NCBI GenBank assembly: GCA_902479095.1
Contig: CABSNL010000001.1
Location: forward strand, 73 to 64,072
Direction of reading: 5' to 3'
Length of the DNA stretch: 64,000 bases
Source: an uncultured Collinsella sp.
GTDB lineage: Bacteria > Actinomycetota > Coriobacteriia > Coriobacteriales > Coriobacteriaceae
Positions 10,676-21,153 of this stretch are shown one piece after another (the first letter of the stretch is position 1; each line of letters opens with the position of its first letter). The notes below the pieces were generated by a model. It saw only the letters and a program-made list of their open reading frames with translations, searched no databases and was not told the DNA's origin. The translations under genes and the position numbers were made by a program.

Positions 10676-10768
10676 GCAGCGTCGACTGGTCCGCCGTTCG
10701 TTAGAACGGCGGAACTGAGGGCAGCGTCGAGCCGTTACGCGGTTTGGTAAAACCGCGTAACTACCTAA

Positions 10769-12793
10769 CTACATCAAGTTGCAAACAGATGCCGCGAAGG
10801 CCACGGGGTCCTCGGGCAGAATACCCTCGACCAGCAGGGCCTGGTCATAGAGCAGGCCGGAGTACTGCTTGATCTTGTCGGCGTCGCCTGCCTTCTGGGC
10901 AGCGACAAGCTTGTCAAAGACCGGGTGCTTGGCGTTGAGCTCGAGCACGCGTTGGCTCTTGGGCATGCCGTCGGGCGAGCCCTCGGGTCCCTTCTGGAGC
11001 ACCTTCTCCATCTCGAGCGAAAGTGGGCCCTCGGTGGTGATGCAAGCGGGGGCATCGGTCAGACGCGCGGAGACGGCAACTTTCTCGACCTTGTCACCGA
11101 GTGCCTCCTTCATAGCGCTAAAGAGGTCCTCGTTTTCCTTTGTGGCGTCCTCGGCCTCCTTCTTCTCGTCCTCGGTCGCCAGATCAAGATCGCCAGTCGC
11201 AACGTTCTTGAGCTCCAGATGACGATCCTCGACCTCGGGCTCGGCACCGTCGGCCACAGCCTTCTCGGCAGCCTCGCGGGCAGCATCGTCCTCGTAGATC
11301 TTGGGCATATCGGCGGCAACGTACTCACGCATAGCTTGGAACGTGAACTCATCCACATCCTGCGTCAGCAGCAGCACGTCATAGCCGCGGTCGAGCACGC
11401 CCTTTACCACGGGCATCTTGGCCAAGCGCTCGCGCGAATCGCCGGCGGCGTAGTAGATGGCCTTCTGATCCTCGGGCATGCCCTTGGCATACTCGGCCAG
11501 GGTAATCATCTTCTGTTCCTTGGCAGACCAGAACAGCAACAGGTCGGCGAGCTCATCGGCCTTCATGCCATAGCTCGAGTAGATGCCGTACTTAAGACCG
11601 CGGCCAAAGTTCTCAAAGAACTTCTCGTAGGCCTCGCGGTCGTTGTCACGCATATCCTCAAGGTCGGCGGTAATCTTCTTTTCCACACGCTTGGCGATGG
11701 CCTTGAGCTGACGGTTCTGCTGCAGCGTCTCGCGCGAGATGTTGAGCGACACGTCGGCGGAATCCACGACGCCGCGGACAAAGTTGTAGTAGTCGGGCAG
11801 CAGGTCGTCGCACTTCTCCATGATCAGGACGTTGGAGCTGTAGAGCGCTAGGCCCTTCTCGTAGTCCTTGCTGTACAGATCGAACGGCGCGCGTCCCGGC
11901 ACAAACAGCAGGGCGTCATACTCGAGCGTGCCCTCGGCATGGAAGCTGATGGTGCGCGCAGGATCGTCAAAGTCGTGGAACGTGGACTTGTAGAACTCGT
12001 CGTAGTCCTTCTGCTCGACATCGGAGCTGCGCTTCTTCCAGATCGGTGTCATGGAATTGACGGTCTCGAGCTCCTGGTAGTCCTCGTACTCGGGCTTGTA
12101 ATCGTCGCCGGCGTCCTCGGGCTTGGGTTTCTGGCGGCTCTTGGACACCATCATCTGAATCGGGTAGCGCACATAGTTGCTGTACTGCTGAATCAGGCTC
12201 TTGAGACCCCACTCGGTCAGGAAGCGATCGTAGGTCTCGGCCTCGCCGTCGGCATCGAGCTTCTCGTTCTCGCGCAGCGTCAGGATGACATCGGTACCGT
12301 GCTCGGCGCGCTCGCCGTCCTCGATGGTGTAGCCCTCAAGACCGTCGGATTCCCACACATGGGCGACATCCTCGCCGTAGGCGCGGCTGACGACCTTCAC
12401 ATGGCTGGCGACCATAAAAGCCGAGTAGAAGCCCACGCCAAACTGACCGATGATGTCGACATCGGAGCCCTGCTGCTCGGCGTTCTCGGTCTTAAACTCC
12501 TCGGAGCCGGAATGGGCGATGGTGCCCAGATTGCGCTCCAGCTCCTCGGCGGTCATGCCAATGCCGTTATCCGAGATGGTAATGGTGCGGGCGTCTTTAT
12601 CAAAGGAGACGCGAATGGCCAGGTCGCCCTGGTCGATCTTGACGCTCGGGTCCTGCAGGCTCTTAAAGTTGAGCTTGTCGACGGCGTCGCTCGCGTTAGA
12701 GATAAGCTCGCGCAGGAAGATTTCCTTATTGGTGTAGATGGAGTTGATCATGAGGTCGAGCAGTTTTTTGCTCTCGGTCTTAAATTGACGCAT
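10769..12793 (-). CDS. htpG: chaperone HtpG (Hsp90)
   Basis: IFLRELISNASDA, DNGIGM, IGQFGVGFYS and LNISRETLQ motifs. Confidence 0.97.
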   Translation of the reverse strand: MRQFKTESKKLLDLMINSIYTNKEIFLRELISNASDAVDKLNFKSLQDPSVKIDQGDLAIRVSFDKDARTITISDNGIGMTAEELERNLGTIAHSGSEEFKTENAEQQGSDVDIIGQFGVGFYSAFMVASHVKVVSRAYGEDVAHVWESDGLEGYTIEDGERAEHGTDVILTLRENEKLDADGEAETYDRFLTEWGLKSLIQQYSNYVRYPIQMMVSKSRQKPKPEDAGDDYKPEYEDYQELETVNSMTPIWKKRSSDVEQKDYDEFYKSTFHDFDDPARTISFHAEGTLEYDALLFVPGRAPFDLYSKDYEKGLALYSSNVLIMEKCDDLLPDYYNFVRGVVDSADVSLNISRETLQQNRQLKAIAKRVEKKITADLEDMRDNDREAYEKFFENFGRGLKYGIYSSYGMKADELADLLLFWSAKEQKMITLAEYAKGMPEDQKAIYYAAGDSRERLAKMPVVKGVLDRGYDVLLLTQDVDEFTFQAMREYVAADMPKIYEDDAAREAAEKAVADGAEPEVEDRHLELKNVATGDLDLATEDEKKEAEDATKENEDLFSAMKEALGDKVEKVAVSARLTDAPACITTEGPLSLEMEKVLQKGPEGSPDGMPKSQRVLELNAKHPVFDKLVAAQKAGDADKIKQYSGLLYDQALLVEGILPEDPVAFAASVCNLM

Positions 12794-12995
12794 GTGCAGT
12801 CCTTTCGCGCTACCCCTGTCCGCAAAAACGGCCCGGTCGCCCGAGCCGCATCGCAGACCTGCTATGTTCAGACTTAGATTTTATAACCCATTAACGCGCA
12901 TATATACATACGGAATCGAAAAACTGTATGTCCGAGCGCTCCAATGCGTCAATTGCCAAGGAGTGTCCCCAACTGCCGGCAGAAAAGGAACGTCC

Positions 12996-13496
12996 CTATC
13001 TGCCATCTACGCGCTTGGCCATCCAGACATGGGGTTGGCCCTCGTCTTCGTAATCTACCGGGGCAATTTGCGTGTAGCCCGCCTTTGCATAAAGCGGCAG
13101 CACGTATTCCTGCGCATGCAGCTTAATAAGCTTAGCGCCGGCATCGCGTGCACACGAAGCACTGGTCTCCACGATCGCACTCGCCAAACCGCGACGGCGC
13201 ATGCTCGGCAGCACAGCCACGCGCCCCATAATGTAGGTCTCCCCCGCCGCAACGCCTTCGTCCATGTCGCATGCCAGCAACACCGGGGCCTCTGCGTCAG
13301 CCACGCGCTCAAGCTCTTCGGGAAACACGCGCGAGCAACCGGCAAGCTCGCCGTCTACATAGAGCGTCACATGAATGCAGTTCGGATCCTCGTCGATAGC
13401 GTCGAACTCATTCTCGTAGCCCTGCTCGTCCATAAAAACGACGCGGCGCACCAACGCCGCGTCATCAAAGCATCCCGTCTTAAGTTGAATATCCAT
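12996..13496 (-). CDS. GNAT (ElaA/YjcF-like) acetyltransferase
   Basis: VRRVVFMDEQG, GRVAV..RRRGLA, LHAQ and EGQPHVWM motifs. Confidence 0.88.
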   Translation of the reverse strand: MDIQLKTGCFDDAALVRRVVFMDEQGYENEFDAIDEDPNCIHVTLYVDGELAGCSRVFPEELERVADAEAPVLLACDMDEGVAAGETYIMGRVAVLPSMRRRGLASAIVETSASCARDAGAKLIKLHAQEYVLPLYAKAGYTQIAPVDYEDEGQPHVWMAKRVDGR

Positions 13497-13535
13497 GGCT
13501 GCCCCTTCATTCAATGCGAACGTTAGGGACAGATT

Positions 13536-14186
13536 TTAGCGAAAATGAGCTCCGCGTACGCTAAACTTCGCGCGAGCCTTCGCCAGGCAGTCGTAATGAC
13601 CCACGTTATGGGCATCGCTCGCGATGAAGCTGTACAGGTTCTGATCGAACAGGCGCTGTGCCGGCTTTTTCTCGCGACCAAAGCGACCGCCGGCAATAAA
13701 GTCCGCCGAAGCCTGCAGCTTGCAGCCCATATCGACCAGGCGCTCCGCCACGCTTACATCCTTTTGAACCGCACGATAGCGCTCAGGATGAGCGATGATC
13801 ACCTGGTAGCCACGGCACTGCAAATCGTAAATCGTGTTCTCGTACTCTCTAAACGCATACGCATCGGCATGTGTCGAAAGCTCGAGCAGAAACTCGTTGG
13901 TTCCATCGAAATGCAAGTGCTCCGCGGCATCGATACCAAGTTCAACGAGCTTTCGATGGTTGACCTCGAAGCCCATCTGGAGCGGAAAACCGTCAGCGTT
14001 ATCACGCAGCAGCTCAAAGGCATCCCACATCTTGTCGTAATCAAAATAGGGATCACGGCAGTGAGGAGTGCAAACGATTCTGGTTACACCGGCCCGCTTG
14101 GCAGCCTCGAGCATCGCCAAGCTCTCATCGAGATCGGCAGCGCCGTCGTCTACACCCGGCAAGATATGGCAATGAATGTCACGCAT
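13536..14186 (-). CDS. cpsB: CpsB/CapC PHP-family tyrosine-protein phosphatase
   Basis: DIHCHILPGVDDG, TPH, IAHPERY and ASDAH motifs. Confidence 0.92.
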   Translation of the reverse strand: MRDIHCHILPGVDDGAADLDESLAMLEAAKRAGVTRIVCTPHCRDPYFDYDKMWDAFELLRDNADGFPLQMGFEVNHRKLVELGIDAAEHLHFDGTNEFLLELSTHADAYAFREYENTIYDLQCRGYQVIIAHPERYRAVQKDVSVAERLVDMGCKLQASADFIAGGRFGREKKPAQRLFDQNLYSFIASDAHNVGHYDCLAKARAKFSVRGAHFR

Positions 14187-14203
14187 AGGTCAGCCTTAAT
14201 CAA

Positions 14204-14941
14204 CTAAACGTTTGCTCGGTTGGTGAAGATGCCCTTTTTGGAAGTCCCCTGATCGTCGGAGCCCTTCTTCACCTTCTTACCGTCCTTGGTGTAGTAGGAG
14301 TAGTAGTACTCGCTGGTCTCGGTCTCGCAGTAGTTCATGACGGTACCGATGAGCTTGACCTTCTCGGACTTCTTAAGCTGGCCGATAGCGTTGAGTGCCT
14401 CCTCGCGCTTGGTGAAGTCCTCGCGCACCACGAACAGCGTACCGTCGGTCAGGCTGGCAATCTCGGCAGCATCGATGAAGGTGCCGACCGGGGGAGCATC
14501 AAAGATGACGTACTGGAACTTGGCGGACAGTGCCTTTACCAGCTTGGCAAAGCGGTGAGAGACGATGATGTCGGCAGGATTGGGAATATGCGGCTCGGCA
14601 TCGAGGAAGTAGAAGTTCTTCTGACCCGTCTCGACAATTGCCTGGTCAATGGAGATCTGCTCGGAAAGGACCGCATAGAGTCCGCCGCGCGAACGAACGC
14701 CGAGCATATCGGAAAGAGACACGCGGCGCATATCGGCCTCGACCAGGAGCACGGACTTGCCGCTCGTGGCGATAGCCTGGGCAAGGTTAATGGAAACCGT
14801 AGACTTGCCCTCATTGGGAATCGAGGAGGTAACGGTGATGGTGCGAATGGGGTCGTCCACGCTCGCAAAGCGGATGTTGGCCAGAAGGGTCTTGGCGGCA
14901 TTCTGTACAACGAGCTTATCGGTGTTCTTTGCCTTAGCCAT
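14204..14941 (-). CDS. cpsD: CpsD/CapB bacterial tyrosine kinase
   Basis: Walker A PNEGKS, A' EADMRR, Walker B FDAPP, C-terminal Tyr cluster EYYYSYY. Confidence 0.92.
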   Translation of the reverse strand: MAKAKNTDKLVVQNAAKTLLANIRFASVDDPIRTITVTSSIPNEGKSTVSINLAQAIATSGKSVLLVEADMRRVSLSDMLGVRSRGGLYAVLSEQISIDQAIVETGQKNFYFLDAEPHIPNPADIIVSHRFAKLVKALSAKFQYVIFDAPPVGTFIDAAEIASLTDGTLFVVREDFTKREEALNAIGQLKKSEKVKLIGTVMNYCETETSEYYYSYYTKDGKKVKKGSDDQGTSKKGIFTNRANV

Positions 14942-14943
14942 GC

Positions 14944-15600
14944 CTATTTACCACCTTTCATAGCCGGAATTCGGCCAACAACGGGAATGCCCAGGAGCTC
15001 TTCTGCCTCTTCGGCACCGCGGATGCGGGTATTGAGCATGTCTGCCAAAACGACATAGGCGACTGCGATAAAGATACCGGCGAGGAACGCGACAGCAACG
15101 TACAGCGTGCGCTTGGGGCCGCTGGGGACTTCGGGAGTCTTAGCCTCGTCGATAACGTTGATGCTCTGGGCAGCGCCGACGTTCTGAGCAACCGTACTCA
15201 CCGAGCTGGCCATGGCCTTTGCGACCTTAGCCGTCTCCTTGGCATCGGTGCCGGTAACCGAAAGCGTAATGACACGCGTGGTGGTCTCGGAGGAAACAGA
15301 CACCTTGTAGTCATCCAGGTCAGCAAGGCCCAGCTCATTGGCAGCACCGCTCTTAACGCTATCGCTATCCAGCAGCGTGGCGATATCGTTGGAAAGCATC
15401 TGGCTCGCCGAGAGATCGTTGTAGCTCATCTGGCCGCTATCGTCGGTCTTGGCGAGAATGTACATGCTCGTCGTCGCGGTATAGGTGTTGTCCATCGCGG
15501 CGAAGGACACGATGCCCATGGCGATCGCGCAGACCACCGGAAGGGTGATGACCAGCTTGAGGTGCTTTTTGAGCAGCTGGAACAGTTCGAGAAGGGTCAT
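14944..15600 (-). CDS. cpsC: CpsC/CapA (Wzz-like) kinase modulator
   Basis: Two TMs, YTATTSMY, PSGP and LLGIPVVGRIP motifs; adjacent to the kinase. Confidence 0.88.
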   Translation of the reverse strand: MTLLELFQLLKKHLKLVITLPVVCAIAMGIVSFAAMDNTYTATTSMYILAKTDDSGQMSYNDLSASQMLSNDIATLLDSDSVKSGAANELGLADLDDYKVSVSSETTTRVITLSVTGTDAKETAKVAKAMASSVSTVAQNVGAAQSINVIDEAKTPEVPSGPKRTLYVAVAFLAGIFIAVAYVVLADMLNTRIRGAEEAEELLGIPVVGRIPAMKGGK

Positions 15601-15795
15601 GCAGCTTGCCTTTCATTTCCCCAGTTCGGATTGACAAAACTGTCCGTATGCTATCGCATCTTTTTACCGAGACCAAACTCTATACATAAGAAACAGGTTC
15701 TCCTGTAAAAATGTCGGAAGCAATCGTAAAATTGCACAACAACGCCGCACCCGAAAGTCAAATGCGGCGTCTACATCAATACCTATGTTGTATCG

Positions 15796-17220
15796 CTATG
15801 CGAATGGCTCGTCCTGCTGTATGGGAAACGTCACCGTAATGGTGGTTCCCACGCCCAACTCGCTCGACAGATCGAGCGTGGCGTGATGATACAGGGCCGC
15901 ATGCTTGACAATGGCAAGCCCCAGACCGGTTCCGCCGCGCGCCTTGGACCTACTCTTGTCCACGCGATAGAACCGCTCAAATACCTTGCCCTGTTCTTCA
16001 GGCGCGATACCGATTCCCGTGTCGGCGACCGCAAGGAACGGATGGCCTTCGTCGTTGGTGCCGCACTGCAGCGTAACCGTACCGCCGGGTCGATTGTAGC
16101 GGATGGCGTTGCTTGCCAGATTATAGATGAGCTCGTCAATCAAGCGCGACACGCCCTCGATGACCACAGGCTTGGTCTCATGACTTATCGTCACATTCGC
16201 CTGACGGGCGACCTGTTCAAGACGCTGCTCAACCGCGTAGATGGCACGCGAGAGCTCAATAGGCTCCGTGGACCCAATGGGCACCGCCTCGCCCTCAGTT
16301 GCACGCTCGGCCTCGTCCAAGTTAGACAGCGTAAGGATGTCGTTGACAAGCGCTGCCAAGCGGCCCGCCTCACGATAGATGCGACCGCCAAAGTTGCGCA
16401 GGTCGTCCTCGCCCTCGACCATGCCGTTTGCGATGAGCTCGGCATAGCCCGAAATCGCCGTAAGCGGCGTCTTGAGCTCATGGGTGATATTCGCCGTGAA
16501 CTCGCGGCGCATACGATCGTTGTCCGCCAGCACCGCCATTTGGCGCTTGAGTTCCTGGCGCTGCGACTCGATACGCTCAAGCATGGGGACCATCTCGGCA
16601 TAGGCGTGCTCATAGCTACGGCGTGGGTGGTCCAAATCCACCTCTTGCAACGGCGCGATGATGGCACGGGACTCGCGGCGCGCCATAAAAAACGAGAGTA
16701 CCGCGCCCGCTGCTGCGATAAGCAGCATCGGCGCCACCATCGACAGCAAAATCGCTGCAACGCCAGGCTGGGCCTGCGCCAAGCGGACAACCTGGCCGTT
16801 ATCAAGGGCGACGGCGCGATACAGCATAATCTCGTCGAGCGTAGAGCTTGCGCGCTCCGCGGAACCCGAACCATTCTCAAAGGCCTCGATGACCTCGGGG
16901 CGATCGCCGTGGTTGGGCAGTGTGGAAGGCGACGCCTCGTTGTCGTAGGCAACCGATCCATCCTTGTTAATCAGCGTGATGCGCAAGTCCTCGCGATCGA
17001 GGCTACGCAAGAACGAGATGGGCTCCTGCTGCTCGTCGAGGGCGGCAGCAATGAGCTCGGTTTCCTGCGCCAGATTGGCACTCGTGGCATCCGCCAAGGT
17101 GTTTTGCACAAAGAACGCACCCAGCACCGTAAACGCCACGATAACCGCCATGGCGCAGACAAAGATCGTCACAAAAACGCGGTGGGACAGCGTATGTTTT
17201 CCCTGGGGGGCGAAGACCAC
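15796..17220 (-). CDS. phoR: PhoR-like sensor histidine kinase
   Basis: ITHELKTPLT, NAIRYN, FERFYRVDKSRS and GGTGLGLAIVKH motifs; downstream of pstB and a response regulator. Confidence 0.85.
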   Translation of the reverse strand: MVFAPQGKHTLSHRVFVTIFVCAMAVIVAFTVLGAFFVQNTLADATSANLAQETELIAAALDEQQEPISFLRSLDREDLRITLINKDGSVAYDNEASPSTLPNHGDRPEVIEAFENGSGSAERASSTLDEIMLYRAVALDNGQVVRLAQAQPGVAAILLSMVAPMLLIAAAGAVLSFFMARRESRAIIAPLQEVDLDHPRRSYEHAYAEMVPMLERIESQRQELKRQMAVLADNDRMRREFTANITHELKTPLTAISGYAELIANGMVEGEDDLRNFGGRIYREAGRLAALVNDILTLSNLDEAERATEGEAVPIGSTEPIELSRAIYAVEQRLEQVARQANVTISHETKPVVIEGVSRLIDELIYNLASNAIRYNRPGGTVTLQCGTNDEGHPFLAVADTGIGIAPEEQGKVFERFYRVDKSRSKARGGTGLGLAIVKHAALYHHATLDLSSELGVGTTITVTFPIQQDEPFA

Positions 17221-17223
17221 GGG

Positions 17224-17952
17224 TTACTCCTCCGATGCGGTGGCCGCGGTGTCGTCACCTTCGGCACCATCACCGGCAGAAGGCTCGGCCAAGCGGTAGC
17301 CCACGCCGCGCACGGTCTCGATGGCGCTGGCATGCTCGCCCAGTTTTTGGCGAAGCGTCTGCACGTGCACGTCAACGGTGCGCGAACCGCCGTCGAAGTC
17401 CCAGCCCCACACGCTCTGCAGCAACGACTCGCGGGTAAAGACCACGCCGGGCTTGCGCATGAGGTACTCGAGCAGGTCGAACTCGCGCAGGGTGAGCTTA
17501 AGCGGCTCGCCGGCAACGGTCACCTCGCGATGACTGGGCGAGAGCACAATGTCGCCCACGCTGAGCACATCGCTTGCCTGTTTGACCATGCCGCCGCGAC
17601 GCAGCAGTGCGCGGCAGCGGCTCGCAAGCTCCATGAGCGAGAAGGGTTTAGTCAGGTAATCGTCGGCACCGCCATCGAGCGCCATCACCTTGTCGAGCTC
17701 GGTGTCCTTGGCGGTAAGCATCATGATGGGCACCGTCGCCGTCAGGCGGTCGGCGCGCAGGCGGCGCATAATCGCCAAACCATCGGTATCGGGCAGCATG
17801 ATGTCGAGCAGGACAGCATCGGGTACCCGTCGCGCCACGGCGGCCTTAAACTCGCCATCGCACGAAAAGCCCTCGGCCTCGATTCCCTGCTTGCGCAGCG
17901 CGTAGACCGTCAGATCCCTGATGTTGTCATCGTCCTCGACGTAATAGATCAT
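17224..17952 (-). CDS. phoB: PhoB/PhoP-like OmpR-family response regulator
   Basis: Receiver VEDD, LLDIMLP, KPF; wHTH SRTVDVH and VRGVGY. Confidence 0.85.
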   Translation of the reverse strand: MIYYVEDDDNIRDLTVYALRKQGIEAEGFSCDGEFKAAVARRVPDAVLLDIMLPDTDGLAIMRRLRADRLTATVPIMMLTAKDTELDKVMALDGGADDYLTKPFSLMELASRCRALLRRGGMVKQASDVLSVGDIVLSPSHREVTVAGEPLKLTLREFDLLEYLMRKPGVVFTRESLLQSVWGWDFDGGSRTVDVHVQTLRQKLGEHASAIETVRGVGYRLAEPSAGDGAEGDDTAATASEE

Positions 17953-18016
17953 GTTGAACCCCTTTGCGGCCGGCATGACCGCATCTTAACCCTAAAGGTA
18001 CCTTTACTAGATGGTA

Positions 18017-18892
<876 letters not shown>

Positions 18893-18995
18893 ACCGCATA
18901 CCTCCACATCGATATCAATTCAGCAGTATCGATAGTAGAAATCGCGGCTCATATGCACGTGAGCGCATTGTCAAGTGTTTGTAAGGGCACGCTGG

Positions 18996-20234
18996 CTATG
19001 CGGCGGGCAGCTCGATGGTGAATGTCGTGTGTTCGGGCGTCGATTCACATGCAACGGTACCGCCGTGTGCCGCGATGATCTCCTTGGCAATAGCAAGGCC
19101 CAGACCGGCACCACCGCGATTGGTCGCACGCGCCGCATCCAGGCGATAGAACTTCTCAAAGATCACCTTGAGCTTAGCCGCAGGGATAGGATCGCCCTGA
19201 TTGATAAAGCGAACGCGCACGCCGCCATCGTCTTGGCGCCCGGCCTCAATCGTGATAGTCGAGCCCTCATAGCTATAGGCGACGGCGTTTTTCATGATGT
19301 TGTTGAACACGCGAGCCATCTTGTCGCCATCCACGAGCACCGTCAGGTCCTCGCGAATATCAACTTGGGCTTCCTTATGCTGCTCGTTGAGGATGGGATA
19401 GAACTCGTCAGCCACCTGAGCCAGCAGCAACCCCAGATCAACATAGCCGCGCGTGAGCACGATATCGTGGAAGTCAAAGCGCGTGATATCGAAGAACTCT
19501 TCGATGAGTGCATCGAGCCGGTGCGCCTTGTCGAGAGCCACGCCCGTAAAGTGCGCACGTTGCTCAACCGGCAGCTCAGGAGCCTCTTGCAGCAGCGAAA
19601 GATAGCCCACCACACTGGCAAGCGGGGTGCGTAGGTCATGTGCCAAGTACGTGACCAGATCGTCCTTGCGATGCGACTCGTCACGCAGAGCTTGCTGCAC
19701 CTTGCGCTCACGGTCACGCACGCGGTTAAGGGCGCCCTCGACCTCCAAGAAGTCGCCGTCGATGTTGTCCCAGGCGTCGGGGTGATCGATCAGGCGATCT
19801 TGAATACGAGCGGCCAGCACACAATCGGCATGCTGCTCGCCCTGTTCGTAGCCCTGGTAGTACAGGGCGCGGCCACACAAGAACAGCACGCACGCGGCAA
19901 GCGCCAGCACAAAGCCAAGCATGTTGAATACAAAGCCGGCATCGAACAGCACCGGCCCTTCGATGCCGCCGAGCGCCATGGCGCCAATCGCCAACGTCAT
20001 GGCCCACGCGGCGCCGCCAATCACCATGCAGCGGCGCACGATCTCAAATCGATCGATCAGCAAAAAGCCGGCAAGCAGCACCGCCAAGATTCCAGCGATG
20101 TTATCGATGCCAATCAGCAGCAGGGTCAACAAAAAGAGCAGCACCGTTGCAAGCGCGCGATTGTCGACAACCGACCTCACGTATTCAAAGAGTCGATCGG
20201 GCACCTCGAACGCTTGTCTATCGTCTTTTGTCAT
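18996..20234 (-). CDS. vanS: VanS-like sensor histidine kinase
   Basis: RKDDLVTYLAHDLRTPLASVVGYLSLL, RLDALIEEFFDITR, ARVFNNIMKNA and IFEKFYRLD resemble enterococcal VanS as recalled. Confidence 0.8.
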   Translation of the reverse strand: MTKDDRQAFEVPDRLFEYVRSVVDNRALATVLLFLLTLLLIGIDNIAGILAVLLAGFLLIDRFEIVRRCMVIGGAAWAMTLAIGAMALGGIEGPVLFDAGFVFNMLGFVLALAACVLFLCGRALYYQGYEQGEQHADCVLAARIQDRLIDHPDAWDNIDGDFLEVEGALNRVRDRERKVQQALRDESHRKDDLVTYLAHDLRTPLASVVGYLSLLQEAPELPVEQRAHFTGVALDKAHRLDALIEEFFDITRFDFHDIVLTRGYVDLGLLLAQVADEFYPILNEQHKEAQVDIREDLTVLVDGDKMARVFNNIMKNAVAYSYEGSTITIEAGRQDDGGVRVRFINQGDPIPAAKLKVIFEKFYRLDAARATNRGGAGLGLAIAKEIIAAHGGTVACESTPEHTTFTIELPAA

Positions 20235-20260
20235 ATCAAGATCCTCACAAGCGAAAAGCG

Positions 20261-20956
20261 TTATTCGATGATGTAGCCGACGCCCCAGACGTTTTTGATA
20301 AAGCGCGGCTTTTGTGCGTCGTCGCCAATCTTTTCGCGCAAGTGGCGAATGTGCACCATCACCGTATTGTTGGAGCCGGGCATAAAGTCCTCGTTCCATA
20401 CCGCGCGGAACAGGTCCTCCACGCCCACCACGCTGCCGCGATGCTCGACCAGATACAGCAAGATTGAATACTCGGTGGGTGTGAGGCGTACCGGTGCACC
20501 GTCCACCGTTACGGAACGAGCATCGCGGTTGATCTCCAAGCCGTCGAGCTGGAGGGTCGGCGACTCGGCCGCCTGTGCGCGGCTACCGTAGCTGGTGTAG
20601 CGGCGAAGCTGAGCGTGCACGCGCGCGATGAGCTCCAGAGGACGAAACGGCTTAACCACGTAATCGTCCGCGCCAAGCGAAAGGCCCTCGATCTTGTCTT
20701 GCTGGGCATCGCGCGCCGTCAGCATGATCACGGGATAGGTATGGCTGGAACGGATCGTACGCAGCAGCTCAAAGCCATCGATATCGGGCAGCATGACATC
20801 CAGCAGCGCCAGATCGAACTCCTGCTCCAAGATTGCCTTGGCAGCATCGGCCCCGCTATAGGCAATCTGGACATCAAAGCCCTCTTTTGTAAGGTAGATA
20901 CCAACCAAGTCGGCGATGGCCTTTTCGTCATCAACTACCAAAATGCGCTCGTTCAT
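20261..20956 (-). CDS. vanR: VanR-like response regulator
   Basis: HTYPVIMLTA, KPFRPLELIARV and SNNTVMVHIRHLREK...VWGVGY motifs. Confidence 0.82.
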   Translation of the reverse strand: MNERILVVDDEKAIADLVGIYLTKEGFDVQIAYSGADAAKAILEQEFDLALLDVMLPDIDGFELLRTIRSSHTYPVIMLTARDAQQDKIEGLSLGADDYVVKPFRPLELIARVHAQLRRYTSYGSRAQAAESPTLQLDGLEINRDARSVTVDGAPVRLTPTEYSILLYLVEHRGSVVGVEDLFRAVWNEDFMPGSNNTVMVHIRHLREKIGDDAQKPRFIKNVWGVGYIIE

Positions 20957-21153
20957 GCGTGCTCCTCTCGCGCTCCATTATGCCCGAGGGGGCGCCCGTC
21001 ACACACAACAAGCGTGGGTGATTAAGTCGGCCTTAAGCACCCTTGTGCCCGTTCGGGCGCGGATGTGGGCCACGCACGCACGCGATGATCGCCGACGCCG
21101 GCAAACGATATACTCTTGTTCCAGAAGAGACCATCCCGTCGAAAGCGAAATCC

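Noticed and set aside
12794..12990. CIRCE or HAIR heat-shock operator upstream of htpG
   Set aside because: Neither TTAGCACTC-N9-GAGTGCTAA nor CTTGAGT-N7-ACTCAAG is present.
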